Shown in pieces: positions 10,713 through 21,917 of a stretch of 64,000 nt of DNA (positions within the stretch are counted from its first letter, which is position 1; each line of letters begins with the position of its first letter). The DNA is from Candidatus Poribacteria bacterium (GTDB lineage: Bacteria > Poribacteria > WGA-4E > WGA-3G), in assembly GCA_963663765.2 (NCBI GenBank), contig CAXXUA010000005.1:1696001-1760000 (forward strand). The letters run 5' to 3'. The position numbers and the translations under genes were made by a program. The notes under the pieces are model-generated. The model did no database searches and had not been told where the DNA came from. It was given only the letters and a program-made list of their open reading frames with translations.

Positions 10713-13700
10713 CTATTGTACCTTCTTAATTTCGCCCCACTTCGTCGTCAACTTGTTCTCGGCAGAGATCAAACCTCTCAACTTAGTAGTAGCAAGCATT
10801 TGACGCTCGCCTGCGAAAGATACGTCTTCAATTTGATAATAATATACTTGACCAGGTTTCGCTGAAGCATCTACCCAATCATACGCATTACGTTCACCGG
10901 TCGTACCAGCACCTTGAATCATCTCGGCGTTGACCTGCTTATATTCACCATCACGAGACTCACTACGATAGACATTAAATCCAGCGTTGTCAAGCTCAGA
11001 TTCGGTTGTCCAACGGACTACGATTTTACCGTTTTCCAATGCTGGACGGAAGGAGGACAACTGAACTGGCAGCACCTGACCTTTAATCGCACCAGGTGTT
11101 CCATAATCATCTTCACTACCATACCAAGTATGTCTCACATAAATCGTATCAAAGTTGAACGCTGCAGCTTGGATCCACGCATATTGCGAAGGAACCACAC
11201 TGTCAAAGTCATTGAGGTCAATTGAACCCTGATCCACTGCGCCGGAACCAACAGCACCAAGAGTAAGGACATCAACAGCAGCAGCACCAAGGGCTGAACG
11301 TGCATTGCCTTCATCATAGAGACGAACGAACGAGGTGCGGTCACCCTCTTTAGTAAGGCCACTCGGGTAATCCCATGCAGCTGTATCGTTTGTGCGGGCT
11401 CTACCATCAAGGTTACCTATGACGTCTGCCGTATTTCCTTTACCGTCTTTCAACGCTATATGGAAATGTATCGGATTCAAGAAACGGTAACGATCATTCT
11501 TCACTCTGGCACCATCAACTTCAAATTCACTAAATTTGTCTCCATACTCTCTGATAACATTGAAGACACGGTCAGATTTGAAGATTATATCTGACCGAAG
11601 ATTATCACTGCCTGCTTGCGCATTGCGGGTAGGACTACCAGCAACAATCAGGATGGTCTGCTTCGGATAAATATACTTAACCTGACCTTTAGCTTTAAAG
11701 TTAAGGGTTCTGATTTCATCACCTGGTGTTTCAATCACCAATTCCCAACCATTATCGGCATCAAGATTCACGGTTTTGGTAGCAGAATTATTTGCGATTT
11801 CAATCCACTGTGGCAGTCTACGGCTAGCAGAACTACCAATAGAAAGCATTAACTCACTAATAACTACGTCGCCAGTGAAATCTGCGGCAAGATTCTTTTG
11901 CGGATTATGATAACCGGGATCACCACCGTGTATTGCAGCATTAGCCACATCACGTCTATATCCAATACCAGTAAAACCAGCATCTACAAATACAGGTCTA
12001 CCGTTATTATTTTCAATTCTACCTGTGCCAAATCGGTCGCCATCTTTGTTGTCTTTATCAACTGACCGACGATGCACTTTGTTTTCCGTAAGGTTATTCC
12101 CGGAAACTGGTCCTGGGAAATTATCCAAGGGCCACAAACCTGTGCTGGAAACTGGATTCGGATACGGATTGGCAGATAAGTTAGCATAGCCTGCCATATC
12201 AACGATCTTATCAAAATCATTCCTACCGGTTTCTGATATATCATTCTTACCAGCATTATCTGGACGGCGCAGCACTAACACAAAGTTACCATTCGGGATA
12301 CCGTTGCTTCCAAAACTTACGACCTTATACCTTGGCACATGATCGCCTTTGAAACCCGGCACCTGATCTTCCACTGCCTTATCAATGTCGTAACCAATAG
12401 CTATCGGATGATCATTGTCATCTGCTGGGTTTGAAGCAAGCAAGAGCAACACACCATTTGCCGCAATATTAGTAGTTTCATTTGGGAAACGATACAGAAT
12501 GGATTCTGCATTCACTCCCGTTATCGTAGTTATAATGTATGCACGCAAATCCACAGCAGAACCTGTTCTATTCCGAAGTTCAATCCATTCATAAGCTTTA
12601 TCGGCAGTGGAACGGTTCCCAATCTCATTGAACACAACAGCAAGACTATCACTAAGATTCGTCCTTCCTGCTTTCGTGTGAAGTGTTATACCTGTACGGT
12701 TATTCACATCACCAGGTGTGCCTCTGTAATCAAAAAGAACTGGAATGTTGGAAATGCCACCTGATGTATGGGTTGTCTGTCCGCGGACATAAGCACCTAT
12801 GGACGTAGCCCAATGTGAGTCTTTTGTACCCTTGCGTTTCGTGTAATTCTGAGAAGCACTAAAAGCAGGCTGCTTATCCGGAAGGATACGGTGCATTGAG
12901 GCGAAAGGTACACCTTCTACACTGTTACCATCCTGACCTTTACCGACAACATCCCATCCATTGTTAGCTTGATTGCCATCATTTCGAATGTTTTGGATAG
13001 CATCAACAACCATAGTACCAGAATGGTCAAGGTTACCAAGAAGATTGTCACCAGCAGCTGTATTGACAAGGATTCCACCACTGATAAGTCCATCTCCACC
13101 TTTTTGTGCATAGATCAGAACTACAACGGGTTTACTATTGAGATTTTGGAGTTCAATCCACTGTCCTGCTGCTTGTTCGTCTGCAGTTCCTTGTCGCAGA
13201 TCACGCGCCCACATAATTTCACTGATACCTACACTACCGCGAGCTGGTGTGGCAAGTCTTCCTACCAGATTTCCGTCTTCGTCTGTCATATCGTTTTCAT
13301 GAGCATTAACAGACCTTCTCACGACGAGTGCACCACCATGATTCTGAGCACTTCTCAGGAAAAGATCGTGTAAATCCGGCATATCTCCCCAGACTTCGAC
13401 ATTAACATCTGTGCCGTTAACCGGCGGAACTTGCGGAAATTCCAATGCGCCTTCAGTTTCGCTCATCGATCTAACGAGAACAACATAAGATTCTGCTGGA
13501 ATCTCTAACTTCATTATGTTTGATGGTGAAGTCGGATTGTTATCAGCTGGCGGTACAATGACTGTATAAGTAAGCATCTGAGAACCAGCTTGGTGACCAG
13601 TCTTGGTCCATGAAACCGTAATTGTCACCGCACCTGCTGCCTGAGCAGCTGGAATCGTGAGAGTGCGTGTTGTGCCAGTACCACTAATGGCACCTACACT

Positions 13701-15155
13701 TGCAGTTACAGTACCAGGATCTGCAGCAAAGGTTAAAGTGATTTCTGTACCTCGCATGACATTACCACTTGCTGGAGCCGCTGACGTAAACGCCACTGCA
13801 GCATCAGGAGGAATTACAACTGTGTAATTAAGTACCTGCCGTCCGCCTTTATCCCATGTAAGCACGATTTCCTGTGCACCAGCAGTACTTCCAACCGTGA
13901 CAGTGCGTGTGTTGCCAGTGCCGGTGACGGTAGCATTTGTAGCATTTACAGTGCCAGGATCTTTATCAAAGGTCACTGTGATTGTGCCACCAGGTCCTAC
14001 ATTACCACTTGCTGGAGACGCACGTGTAAACGCAGCAGCAGGTGATTGACTCGCCGCCAACTTCACTGAAACAACACCGCTACCTTCGTTACCGGCTTTA
14101 TCAACAGGAACTATAGTGATAGTAACATTTTCTCCTGCTGTTGTATCACGACCTGCCTTCGGTGTAATTCTAACAAGATACTCCGTGTCTGTCTCAGTAT
14201 TATCTGCTGTGCCTAATCCTATAGCTTCAACTTCAAGCTTATCATTGTCTGTTTCAATGCTGACAGGATTTACATCTGGTAATCCACTACCACCATCTTC
14301 ATCTCCAACAGAGAAGGTGAGAAGGAAAGTGCTATTCCATACACCGTCAGAGGGTGTGGGGAAACCAGCAGGTGCAGCTACGGTAATAGCATTATTAGTT
14401 ATTGTCGGTGCTGTATCATCAAAAGTAACCATTGCCTGACCGTCTGCTGCTACAGTAGCCTGCGTGGCGTAAGAAGCACTGAGGTCCACTGTGCTACTAC
14501 CTGAGGTGCCACTAACACCCAAAGTTGAACGAAATGTTACTCGGTTAGTTCCGCTAACACTTACAATTTGTAAGCCAGCACTATTAGTACCATCTACCGT
14601 TACATCACTTACATGGAGCGGAGCAACCGGGGCACCATTCGTATCAGCAACCGCAGCTGCAAAATTAAATGTCACAGTTACTGTTCCATTAAAGGATACA
14701 TAGTATTCAGAAACGGCAAGTTCTGCTAACTTTGGAAGCAAAGTCAAGGTCGTTGATGCAAGTGTTGCACCAGGACCACCTGCTGGAAAGGTTACACGCT
14801 GATACGTATTAGCGGCTATTACGACTTGCACTGCAATGACATCACCAATGCCAGCAGCGATCGTGCCTTCAGACATAAGAACTGTTGCTGTTGCTGCATC
14901 AAAACCTGTTTGGGTGCCTTGTGCAGCTGCTGTAGTCCCAGCAGGATCCAAATATGTAACGTCCGGGTCATTGGTATCAGCAAGACCACCAATAGTAACA
15001 TCCCAGCCTGGATCGTCTGCTGTGTTGTCATCATTTAAATCATCAGTCCATGTAGCTGCAATTGTCTGTGCCATCACGGTTGGGGCAAAGATCATCCCAA
15101 CAGCAAGCAACACAGAAAAAACTAAGTAAAATGTCAATTTATTTGACAAGTACAT
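10713..15155 (-). CDS. 1480-aa secreted surface protein: Ig-like repeats, three lamin-tail-like domains, C-terminal LPVQLSSF domain and KLTTKWGEIK tail
   Basis: Signal peptide; duplicated AFT.A.PASGNV..G..IT.TF..DPGTV repeat; ISEIM..WIELQN, FNEIG..WIELRN and ISELM..WIEIAN motifs. Confidence 0.75.
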   Translation of the reverse strand: MYLSNKLTFYLVFSVLLAVGMIFAPTVMAQTIAATWTDDLNDDNTADDPGWDVTIGGLADTNDPDVTYLDPAGTTAAAQGTQTGFDAATATVLMSEGTIAAGIGDVIAVQVVIAANTYQRVTFPAGGPGATLASTTLTLLPKLAELAVSEYYVSFNGTVTVTFNFAAAVADTNGAPVAPLHVSDVTVDGTNSAGLQIVSVSGTNRVTFRSTLGVSGTSGSSTVDLSASYATQATVAADGQAMVTFDDTAPTITNNAITVAAPAGFPTPSDGVWNSTFLLTFSVGDEDGGSGLPDVNPVSIETDNDKLEVEAIGLGTADNTETDTEYLVRITPKAGRDTTAGENVTITIVPVDKAGNEGSGVVSVKLAASQSPAAAFTRASPASGNVGPGGTITVTFDKDPGTVNATNATVTGTGNTRTVTVGSTAGAQEIVLTWDKGGRQVLNYTVVIPPDAAVAFTSAAPASGNVMRGTEITLTFAADPGTVTASVGAISGTGTTRTLTIPAAQAAGAVTITVSWTKTGHQAGSQMLTYTVIVPPADNNPTSPSNIMKLEIPAESYVVLVRSMSETEGALEFPQVPPVNGTDVNVEVWGDMPDLHDLFLRSAQNHGGALVVRRSVNAHENDMTDEDGNLVGRLATPARGSVGISEIMWARDLRQGTADEQAAGQWIELQNLNSKPVVVLIYAQKGGDGLISGGILVNTAAGDNLLGNLDHSGTMVVDAIQNIRNDGNQANNGWDVVGKGQDGNSVEGVPFASMHRILPDKQPAFSASQNYTKRKGTKDSHWATSIGAYVRGQTTHTSGGISNIPVLFDYRGTPGDVNNRTGITLHTKAGRTNLSDSLAVVFNEIGNRSTADKAYEWIELRNRTGSAVDLRAYIITTITGVNAESILYRFPNETTNIAANGVLLLLASNPADDNDHPIAIGYDIDKAVEDQVPGFKGDHVPRYKVVSFGSNGIPNGNFVLVLRRPDNAGKNDISETGRNDFDKIVDMAGYANLSANPYPNPVSSTGLWPLDNFPGPVSGNNLTENKVHRRSVDKDNKDGDRFGTGRIENNNGRPVFVDAGFTGIGYRRDVANAAIHGGDPGYHNPQKNLAADFTGDVVISELMLSIGSSASRRLPQWIEIANNSATKTVNLDADNGWELVIETPGDEIRTLNFKAKGQVKYIYPKQTILIVAGSPTRNAQAGSDNLRSDIIFKSDRVFNVIREYGDKFSEFEVDGARVKNDRYRFLNPIHFHIALKDGKGNTADVIGNLDGRARTNDTAAWDYPSGLTKEGDRTSFVRLYDEGNARSALGAAAVDVLTLGAVGSGAVDQGSIDLNDFDSVVPSQYAWIQAAAFNFDTIYVRHTWYGSEDDYGTPGAIKGQVLPVQLSSFRPALENGKIVVRWTTESELDNAGFNVYRSESRDGEYKQVNAEMIQGAGTTGERNAYDWVDASAKPGQVYYYQIEDVSFAGERQMLATTKLRGLISAENKLTTKWGEIKKVQ

Positions 15156-15470
15156 TTTATACTCCTTTTAGATATATTAAATTCAAGTTAAGATTCAGGG
15201 ATCAATTCCTGTTAATCTAATCTTCCAATCTATACTATAAATATACGCATATTGTGTGAAAAAAACAGGCTTGCCTGTTTACCTATCTCAATCGGTGTCA
15301 CATTGTCGTCTGTTCTTAATAGAAGTTTCGTGTCTACCGATTGTTTTTTCTTGCATCTTGAAACTACGAAGCACTAACCTAAAACTATTAACCTTGCTCC
15401 GTTCAATCTACAAAATCTAAAAACCTCTTCCGTAGGTGTTAAGATCACCCACGTTTTCTTATGTTAGTTA

Positions 15471-15499
15471 ATTATATGACAATTTATATAAAATGTCAA
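15471..15499 (-). promoter_or_regulatory. consensus sigma70 promoter TTGACA-N17-TATAAT
   Basis: Perfect hexamers on the minus strand ~315 bp upstream of the ATG at 15155. Confidence 0.7.
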
Positions 15500-16119
15500 A
15501 TTATTTTTTCTATGTCTTACAATTTAATTATAGAAATGGTATTCCAAATAAGAAATATCATTACATCTGTATTATATATATATATATATCCAAACCAAAA
15601 CCTGCTTTTTGTATATGGTAGGTTTTAGTTGTCTATCCCATCATAACGTAGTTGCATATTGAACAGACATGTTAATAATAACATAAATATTAATTATTTG
15701 CAACTAATTTATGATACTATTTTATTTATTTTATGTCTTAATATGAATTATTAAAACATATTGTATACTAATATACGTTATAAGTCAAATAAAAATTACA
15801 AGAAAATTCACTTTTTTTGCGAAAAATCTCCATAAAATGTAAAATCCTTGAAAAATAAACGTTTTTTTGCTATTATATTAAGCAGGACTTACGCATTAAA
15901 TTGTAGGCGTGCTTTGTAAGCGCGCTGGAAAAGGTAACAAACATGGGTTGGTGCAAATCCTAAGTGTGCCGATCACTTGTTCTTAGGTTAGTTGGTACAT
16001 TCGGAAAACGAATGTTTTATATTTACACACATATATATTAAGGGCATCGGTGTCATTTTGGCAAGTTTGACACTGTGAAGGGGAGACTTTCGTTTTCCTT
16101 TGTGCCAATTTGATTTCTG

Positions 16120-16370
16120 TGAGAAAATCTCTTACGGTAGGAGCGACCTCCTGCGGGAGAATATCTCTTACGGTAGGAGCGACCTCCTATGGGAGAAAAT
16201 CTCTTACGGTAGGAGCGACCTCTTGTGGAAGAAAATCTCTTACGGTAGGAGCGACCTCCTGGTCGCGACCGTACAGAGACCAGGTATCAAAACAGTCGTA
16301 ACCGGTAGGAGCAACCTCTTATGGGAGGAAATCTCTTACGGTAGGAGCGACCTCCTGGTCGCGACCGTAT
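16120..16370 (+). repeat. tandem REP-A-derived repeats (AAATCTCTTACGGTAGGAGCGACCTC)
   Basis: Five to six units. Confidence 0.75.
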
Positions 16371-16500
16371 TCAAATTTATCGCAAACAGGAATTCGCACA
16401 TACAAAATTGGGGCTGGAACATCAAAAACACAATCCGTGTAATCCGCGATTCCGAACAAACACCGTGAAATCCTGAAAATCTTGGTTCAAACAAACATCT

Positions 16501-19500
16501 ATGAATAACATACAAAAAATAATCCAAAATTGCCACGAACAGCATGCAGTCAGAGACGCACTCCGACAACGCAAAACCGTCGTAACACTCACAATGCATA
16601 AACCCCTACCATATCAAATTAAGGTACATTGTGCACGGCGTAATCCTCTGACACTTAAAGAACTGGAAAATGCAAACATCTCCTTTATGCCGATCGGACA
16701 CGCACCAGATAATGACCACGCACCACAAGATTTTGATGGACACCGGTTCAAAAGACAACAGAAATTGGGATGTTGGACTATGAGACAGTGGCGAGAATCA
16801 TGGGGTATTCAGATATATACAGGCATACCATCACAACGTGAAGGTGCATTATGGCACGACTTTGAAATCAAATATGACGCTATATGTGCTGCACCACAAG
16901 CTGTTACGACCTGCTTAGAAACACTCCTGAACCTAACAGCAAACCCACTCTTAACCATAACAAAATCCGGTGGACTGCGGTTCTCTTGCCGAATCCAAAA
17001 TTACCTACATCCAAACACGGACAAAGCAAAATATTACATCTATAAACACAAACCAACCAAAGATAAACCCAACCACCGTGTAATCTATATGGAAGTCCGG
17101 GGCGACGAAGGATACAGCCGCTGGGATATGCGGTATGAAATTCTCTTGGGCAACCTGTTAGAGCCACCCATCATATCTAAAGAAGTCGTGTTCGCACCTA
17201 TCCATCAACTCCGTGCTACACTTCACGAACCCGAACCCTCACAACAAAACATCGTAAAAACTACCGATGTGAATCTACCCGCTTTCAGTTCAGCTAATCT
17301 TGAACTTGCAAAAGAAGCATTTTTAAAACGCGGTTATGCTTACTATCAAGAATCAAACAGTATTCACTATTGGAAACACGGTGATGAGTACGTGTTAATG
17401 TGGGAGGATCAAGGGATTGTATGGATGCGGGCAGCAACGCCGAATACCGAAATACCAACAACAGCAGTGGCAATCACAGATATATGGCATGACACAAGCA
17501 TTTCAACAAAAACAGAAATTAGAGAAACATTTGATGCTATTCGAAAAGGCGACCTGAGTCCATTGGCAATAAAACGCCTGCCACCGAATCTTCACAAGTC
17601 TCAAACAACATCAAAACAGTACCTATCACTGAAAACCCAACAGACGCAACTAAGACAATTTTTGGAGCGCGATACCCGTATTCTTGCATTCACATCTTCA
17701 GATGCAAATATATTCACAAACACCGAAGTCGAAAAACTACTCCTAAAAAACAATACAACCTGTTTAAACATATCCTCTCGCAGATTAGCCGAGACAGCAG
17801 AAGAACGGTACAGAACAAATAGCCAAACCACCGTCGCACGATGGCGTTCAAGACTATACCGATGGGAAGAAGTTAAAGATATACCCACAAACACCCGCAT
17901 GGCAAATCCTTTCCAACACGGTAATATGTGTGAAGACCCCGAACGATGTAGAACCCTCGAAAAAAAAGGAGGAAATCCCGATGTTAGTTTATGTCCAAAG
18001 TGTCCTGCAAATGTCGCATGCAAAGAACGCGGTTTTCTATCACAACCCACCACATTACAAAACGCAAACGCAAAAATCTCCGCAATCGGTGAATTGTTTA
18101 TGGAGCCACGGCACGCACACTTGGTAGAGAAAATATTGCATCCTACAGACGACGCACAAGATATCTGCATCATTGATGAACGCAAAACATCAATTAAAGC
18201 ACTATTTCTCAAATGTATGTTATCAAAAAACGTTATAAAGGAGTGGCGTATCAATTGGCAAGGACATGCTTTGGGAAACTTCGCAACTGCTTTAAACAAT
18301 GCAATTGAAACACATGGAGAACCTTACAGCAATCCTATCGGACAAGTGCGCGCTGCTGTCCAAGCCTTCAAACAACACGAAGATGAGATTATAAAGCAGA
18401 TGTGTTACATTAATGTACAGGGCAGAGTTGTTGAACGCACAACTGTAGATACCGAAACTGAAACCGAATTAGCACATTACGCTATTGACTTTCAAGACAG
18501 AGGAACTGCTGTAATCCCTTTGGACGACAAGGCTGAAAATAGACTGCGCGAAATGGGGATGCCGACTTTATCAGGCAATTCCTTTACGCCTAACGAGGAT
18601 GTCTCTATACAAATAGATATAACACAAGCTATCACATTCGGCATCCTTGATCTCCAAACCTTAGAGAATATTGAGTCCTTTCCAACCGTCTGTCCAGACC
18701 CAAACTGGACGTATTGGCATCAGTTGAAGCAATTCTTCACACATTACACGCGGGATGCAGATACACCAATGTATTGGAACAATACATATCTGACCTTTTG
18801 GTTACCACCCAAGCTGCATCCAAACATCAAACGACTCATATTTTCAACACATTTTTTCACCGAACAGCAACTTCATAGGATATTCCCGAATGAAAACATG
18901 GATGTCATTCATCTTGAACCGACAACATGGATGCCAGGCAACAAGCTCTTTCAAATACGCACAAGCAGCAAATCGCAACAGACAACACTAAAATACAACA
19001 GTCATACAGATAACATGGAGTTAACGAAAATAGGTGAACGGTATATCATCGGTATCCGCGCAGAAATTGAAAAAGACATGAATATAAAGCACGGTATCTT
19101 CACACATCTGGCTATTGTGAATAAAATACAGGACATTACAGTGAAACCGAATGTCTGTTTTGTAAAGAGTTTCAAAACTATTCTGTATGAAGATATAGAT
19201 GTTGAAGCGGTACAAGTGTTATGGATAATCGGTTTACCACGATGGGAACAACGTACCATATTACAGCAAACACGTATGTTGTTTGGGAACGACGAAAAAC
19301 CAATCAATTACAATGAAGAAATATGGACAGATGACTATAAAGATGAACGTATGGGAGATGTTCATCATCAATCTATAGTGGGATTACTCACGCAAATTAT
19401 AGGACGCGCAGGTTTGAACCACAGTAGCGCCAATAACGCCAGTAACAGAAGTAAACACAAGACGGTGATGCTACTAAACAACTATGAACTGCGGGACATT

Positions 19501-19917
19501 ACAGATAGACCCCAAACGCTCCTTTTTGACTGGGAAGACTTTGAAATCGCCGGTGGAATAGATAAACTTGAGGAAACCATCCGCATACGCGAAGGATTTG
19601 AAGCCGAACGGGATAACTTCACCGCAGAAACCAGCAGAAAAGAAGTAGAACGTGTGTTAGGATGTTCCTCAAGACAAGCAAACCGTGTGTTACAGAAAAT
19701 ACGCGGTGGCAACATCCCAAGAGTTTCATACAGAGAACAGATCCTCTTTCTCCTCTCTTCCGGGCGTGAAAAAACAACAGCATCCCTCATCGCTGCCATT
19801 GATAGCAGTCCGCAGGCAATCGGAAATGAACTCAACCGCCTCTTAAATGAAGGCAAGATCATCCGTGTACGCAGAGGCGTCTACACACTCCCCGAATATC
19901 ACCGACCAAGTTCATAG
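16501..19917 (+). CDS. degenerate Prim-Pol + Cys-cluster SF2 helicase-like + C-terminal HTH protein
   Basis: Prim-Pol-like GIQIYTG, HDFEIK, TKSGGLR and EVRGDEGY; Cys cluster CEDPERC..CPKC...C; CIIDE and QIIGRAG; wHTH-like C-terminus. Confidence 0.55.
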   Translation: MNNIQKIIQNCHEQHAVRDALRQRKTVVTLTMHKPLPYQIKVHCARRNPLTLKELENANISFMPIGHAPDNDHAPQDFDGHRFKRQQKLGCWTMRQWRESWGIQIYTGIPSQREGALWHDFEIKYDAICAAPQAVTTCLETLLNLTANPLLTITKSGGLRFSCRIQNYLHPNTDKAKYYIYKHKPTKDKPNHRVIYMEVRGDEGYSRWDMRYEILLGNLLEPPIISKEVVFAPIHQLRATLHEPEPSQQNIVKTTDVNLPAFSSANLELAKEAFLKRGYAYYQESNSIHYWKHGDEYVLMWEDQGIVWMRAATPNTEIPTTAVAITDIWHDTSISTKTEIRETFDAIRKGDLSPLAIKRLPPNLHKSQTTSKQYLSLKTQQTQLRQFLERDTRILAFTSSDANIFTNTEVEKLLLKNNTTCLNISSRRLAETAEERYRTNSQTTVARWRSRLYRWEEVKDIPTNTRMANPFQHGNMCEDPERCRTLEKKGGNPDVSLCPKCPANVACKERGFLSQPTTLQNANAKISAIGELFMEPRHAHLVEKILHPTDDAQDICIIDERKTSIKALFLKCMLSKNVIKEWRINWQGHALGNFATALNNAIETHGEPYSNPIGQVRAAVQAFKQHEDEIIKQMCYINVQGRVVERTTVDTETETELAHYAIDFQDRGTAVIPLDDKAENRLREMGMPTLSGNSFTPNEDVSIQIDITQAITFGILDLQTLENIESFPTVCPDPNWTYWHQLKQFFTHYTRDADTPMYWNNTYLTFWLPPKLHPNIKRLIFSTHFFTEQQLHRIFPNENMDVIHLEPTTWMPGNKLFQIRTSSKSQQTTLKYNSHTDNMELTKIGERYIIGIRAEIEKDMNIKHGIFTHLAIVNKIQDITVKPNVCFVKSFKTILYEDIDVEAVQVLWIIGLPRWEQRTILQQTRMLFGNDEKPINYNEEIWTDDYKDERMGDVHHQSIVGLLTQIIGRAGLNHSSANNASNRSKHKTVMLLNNYELRDITDRPQTLLFDWEDFEIAGGIDKLEETIRIREGFEAERDNFTAETSRKEVERVLGCSSRQANRVLQKIRGGNIPRVSYREQILFLLSSGREKTTASLIAAIDSSPQAIGNELNRLLNEGKIIRVRRGVYTLPEYHRPSS

Positions 19918-19959
19918 ATCGGGTTTCGCAAACTCAACCGTATTGGCGTAAACTTTCTT

Positions 19960-20562
19960 GTGGGAGGGGTTTTCAACCCCGATTTCTTCGGTAGGAGCGA
20001 CCTCCTGGTCGCGACCGTTTTCAACCCCGATTTCTTCGGTAGGAGCGACCTCCTGGTCGCGACCGTCAAACCAAACCTACAACTATTGGTAGGAGCGACC
20101 TCCTGGTCGCGACCGTTTTCAACCCCGACCGTGTGTGAGGATTTGTCTGAACCAGGATTTTCAGGATTAGTAGATTTTCAGGATTTCACTCATTAGATGT
20201 TTTGATGCACATTGATGTTTTCTTTTGAATGGTGCCAAAATGCGACAGACTCACAATCCTGGAAATCTGTAAATCCTGTGAATCCTGGTTCAGACAGAAT
20301 CCGCGTAAACAGTCGGGGTTGAAAACCCCAATTTCTTCGGTAGGAGCGACCTCCTGGTCGCGACCGTTTTCAACTCCATCGCGACCATGCACCGCGCTGG
20401 TAGGAGCGACCTCCTGGTCGCGACCGTACACCGCGCTGGTAGGAGCGACCTCCTGGTCGCGACCGTTTTCAACCCCAATTTCTTCGGTAGGAGGGACGCT
20501 CTTGTGGGAGGGGTTTTCAACCCCGATTTCTTCGGTAGGAGCAACCTCCTGGTCGCGACCGT
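19960..20562. repeat. mixed REP-A/REP-E array with AATCCTG..AATCCTGGTTCAGAC inverted repeats
   Basis: Repeated GTAGGAGCGACC and GTGGGAGGGGTTTTCAACCCCGA units. Confidence 0.75.
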
Positions 20563-20635
20563 CTTTGAATACCTATGCCATACGCGCAATCACCCAATGG
20601 CATTCCCCGCGTCGCTCTTTCAAATTCATCTGCCA

Positions 20636-21451
20636 TCAAATCGTAACAACTTGCGGCTCCTGTTCTATATTCAAATTGTGTTCTGCAGCCCATGCTGCAA
20701 CCGCACCACCCCCACCACCGAGAAACTGCTTACCCATGTCATCAACATTTTTCAACACATCCGCATCCGGCTGCAGCTTGTCATTATAATACAACAGATA
20801 GCCTTCCGGTTTCAGCCAAGTATAGTGATAACCGTAAATGACAATCTTAGCCGTCTGATCCGTCCAGTTCGGTGCGGTGGTATGGTAGATACGGTTTTCA
20901 AAAAAATACGCATCACCAGCACGCAGGAGCGGTTCATCGTAAGACTCAATCGGATCAATCTTACCTTCAGGTATACCCAACGGTTCACCCGAAATATGGC
21001 TTTTTCGGACAAACAGAGTCGTCCCAGAATTCGGCACACTACAATCGGTTAGGCAATACGCTACCTTCAGTCCAACACACGGGCAATTCTTGTGACCAAG
21101 GTCCAAATGCAAACCAACATCCCGATGCCAGCCGCGATTCTCCGGCAGTTCAGACGGTTGCGGACGCTTATAAAGCAGTGCAGTATTAGTTATATGTAAA
21201 TTTGTACCAAGCAGTTGAATAACTAACGGTATCGCTTTCGTCTGTGAGGTCAATTCAGCAAACGCAGGTTCTTGCACCAACCCATCACGTTTGTGTACGT
21301 ACTGTGCATCTGTATCCATTAAGTCTACAATACGATCACCTGCTTCAGTCAAACGCGCGATCATCTCCTCATCAAGAACAGAACGCACAATGAAATATCC
21401 GTTTTCCTCAAATTCCTCACGTTGTGCATCTGTCAACTGGACAAATTCCAT
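20636..21451 (-). CDS. phytanoyl-CoA dioxygenase (PhyH) family protein
   Basis: FEENGYF, WHRD and distal His (IYHT) facial triad. Confidence 0.85.
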   Translation of the reverse strand: MEFVQLTDAQREEFEENGYFIVRSVLDEEMIARLTEAGDRIVDLMDTDAQYVHKRDGLVQEPAFAELTSQTKAIPLVIQLLGTNLHITNTALLYKRPQPSELPENRGWHRDVGLHLDLGHKNCPCVGLKVAYCLTDCSVPNSGTTLFVRKSHISGEPLGIPEGKIDPIESYDEPLLRAGDAYFFENRIYHTTAPNWTDQTAKIVIYGYHYTWLKPEGYLLYYNDKLQPDADVLKNVDDMGKQFLGGGGGAVAAWAAEHNLNIEQEPQVVTI

Positions 21452-21472
21452 GATTATTGCTCCTATACAATA

Positions 21473-21553
21473 CAGGACTTACGCACCCACGGTATGCGTG
21501 CTTTGTATGCGGGAATGCCAAAAGGCATTCATACCGTAGGTGCGTAAGTCCTA
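21473..21553. mobile_element. CAGGACTTACGCA-family MITE
   Basis: TIR CAGGACTTACGCA/TGCGTAAGTCCTA, 5-bp TSD CAATA. Lone ends also at 15883 and 43703. Confidence 0.65.
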
Positions 21554-21917
21554 CAATACTAACGGTAGAGTTTAAGAATATATTAGCAAATATTGATATT
21601 CATGTCTACTGAAATGAAACCCCGCGGTAGGAGCGACCTCCCGGTCGCGACCGTTCTGATTCATTGTCCCCTTACGGTCGCAACCGTACACCGCACTGGT
21701 AGGAGCGACCTCCCGGTCGCGACCGTTTTCATTCATTGTCCCCTTACGGTCGCGACCAGGAGGTCGCTCCTACCAAGAGGGTAATGATGAAAAAAACACA
21801 TTCCGCGTTTTCTGTGTCCTCTGTGATTCAGACATAATACGTAAGGTTCCTGTTTTATCCGAGTAAGCCGAGATTCTGACAACACATCTGCCAAGACGTT
21901 ACAACACCCATAAATCC

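Noticed and set aside
16501-19917. Prophage or integrated plasmid around the primase-helicase-like gene
   Set aside because: No integrase, att sites, structural genes or partition genes nearby.
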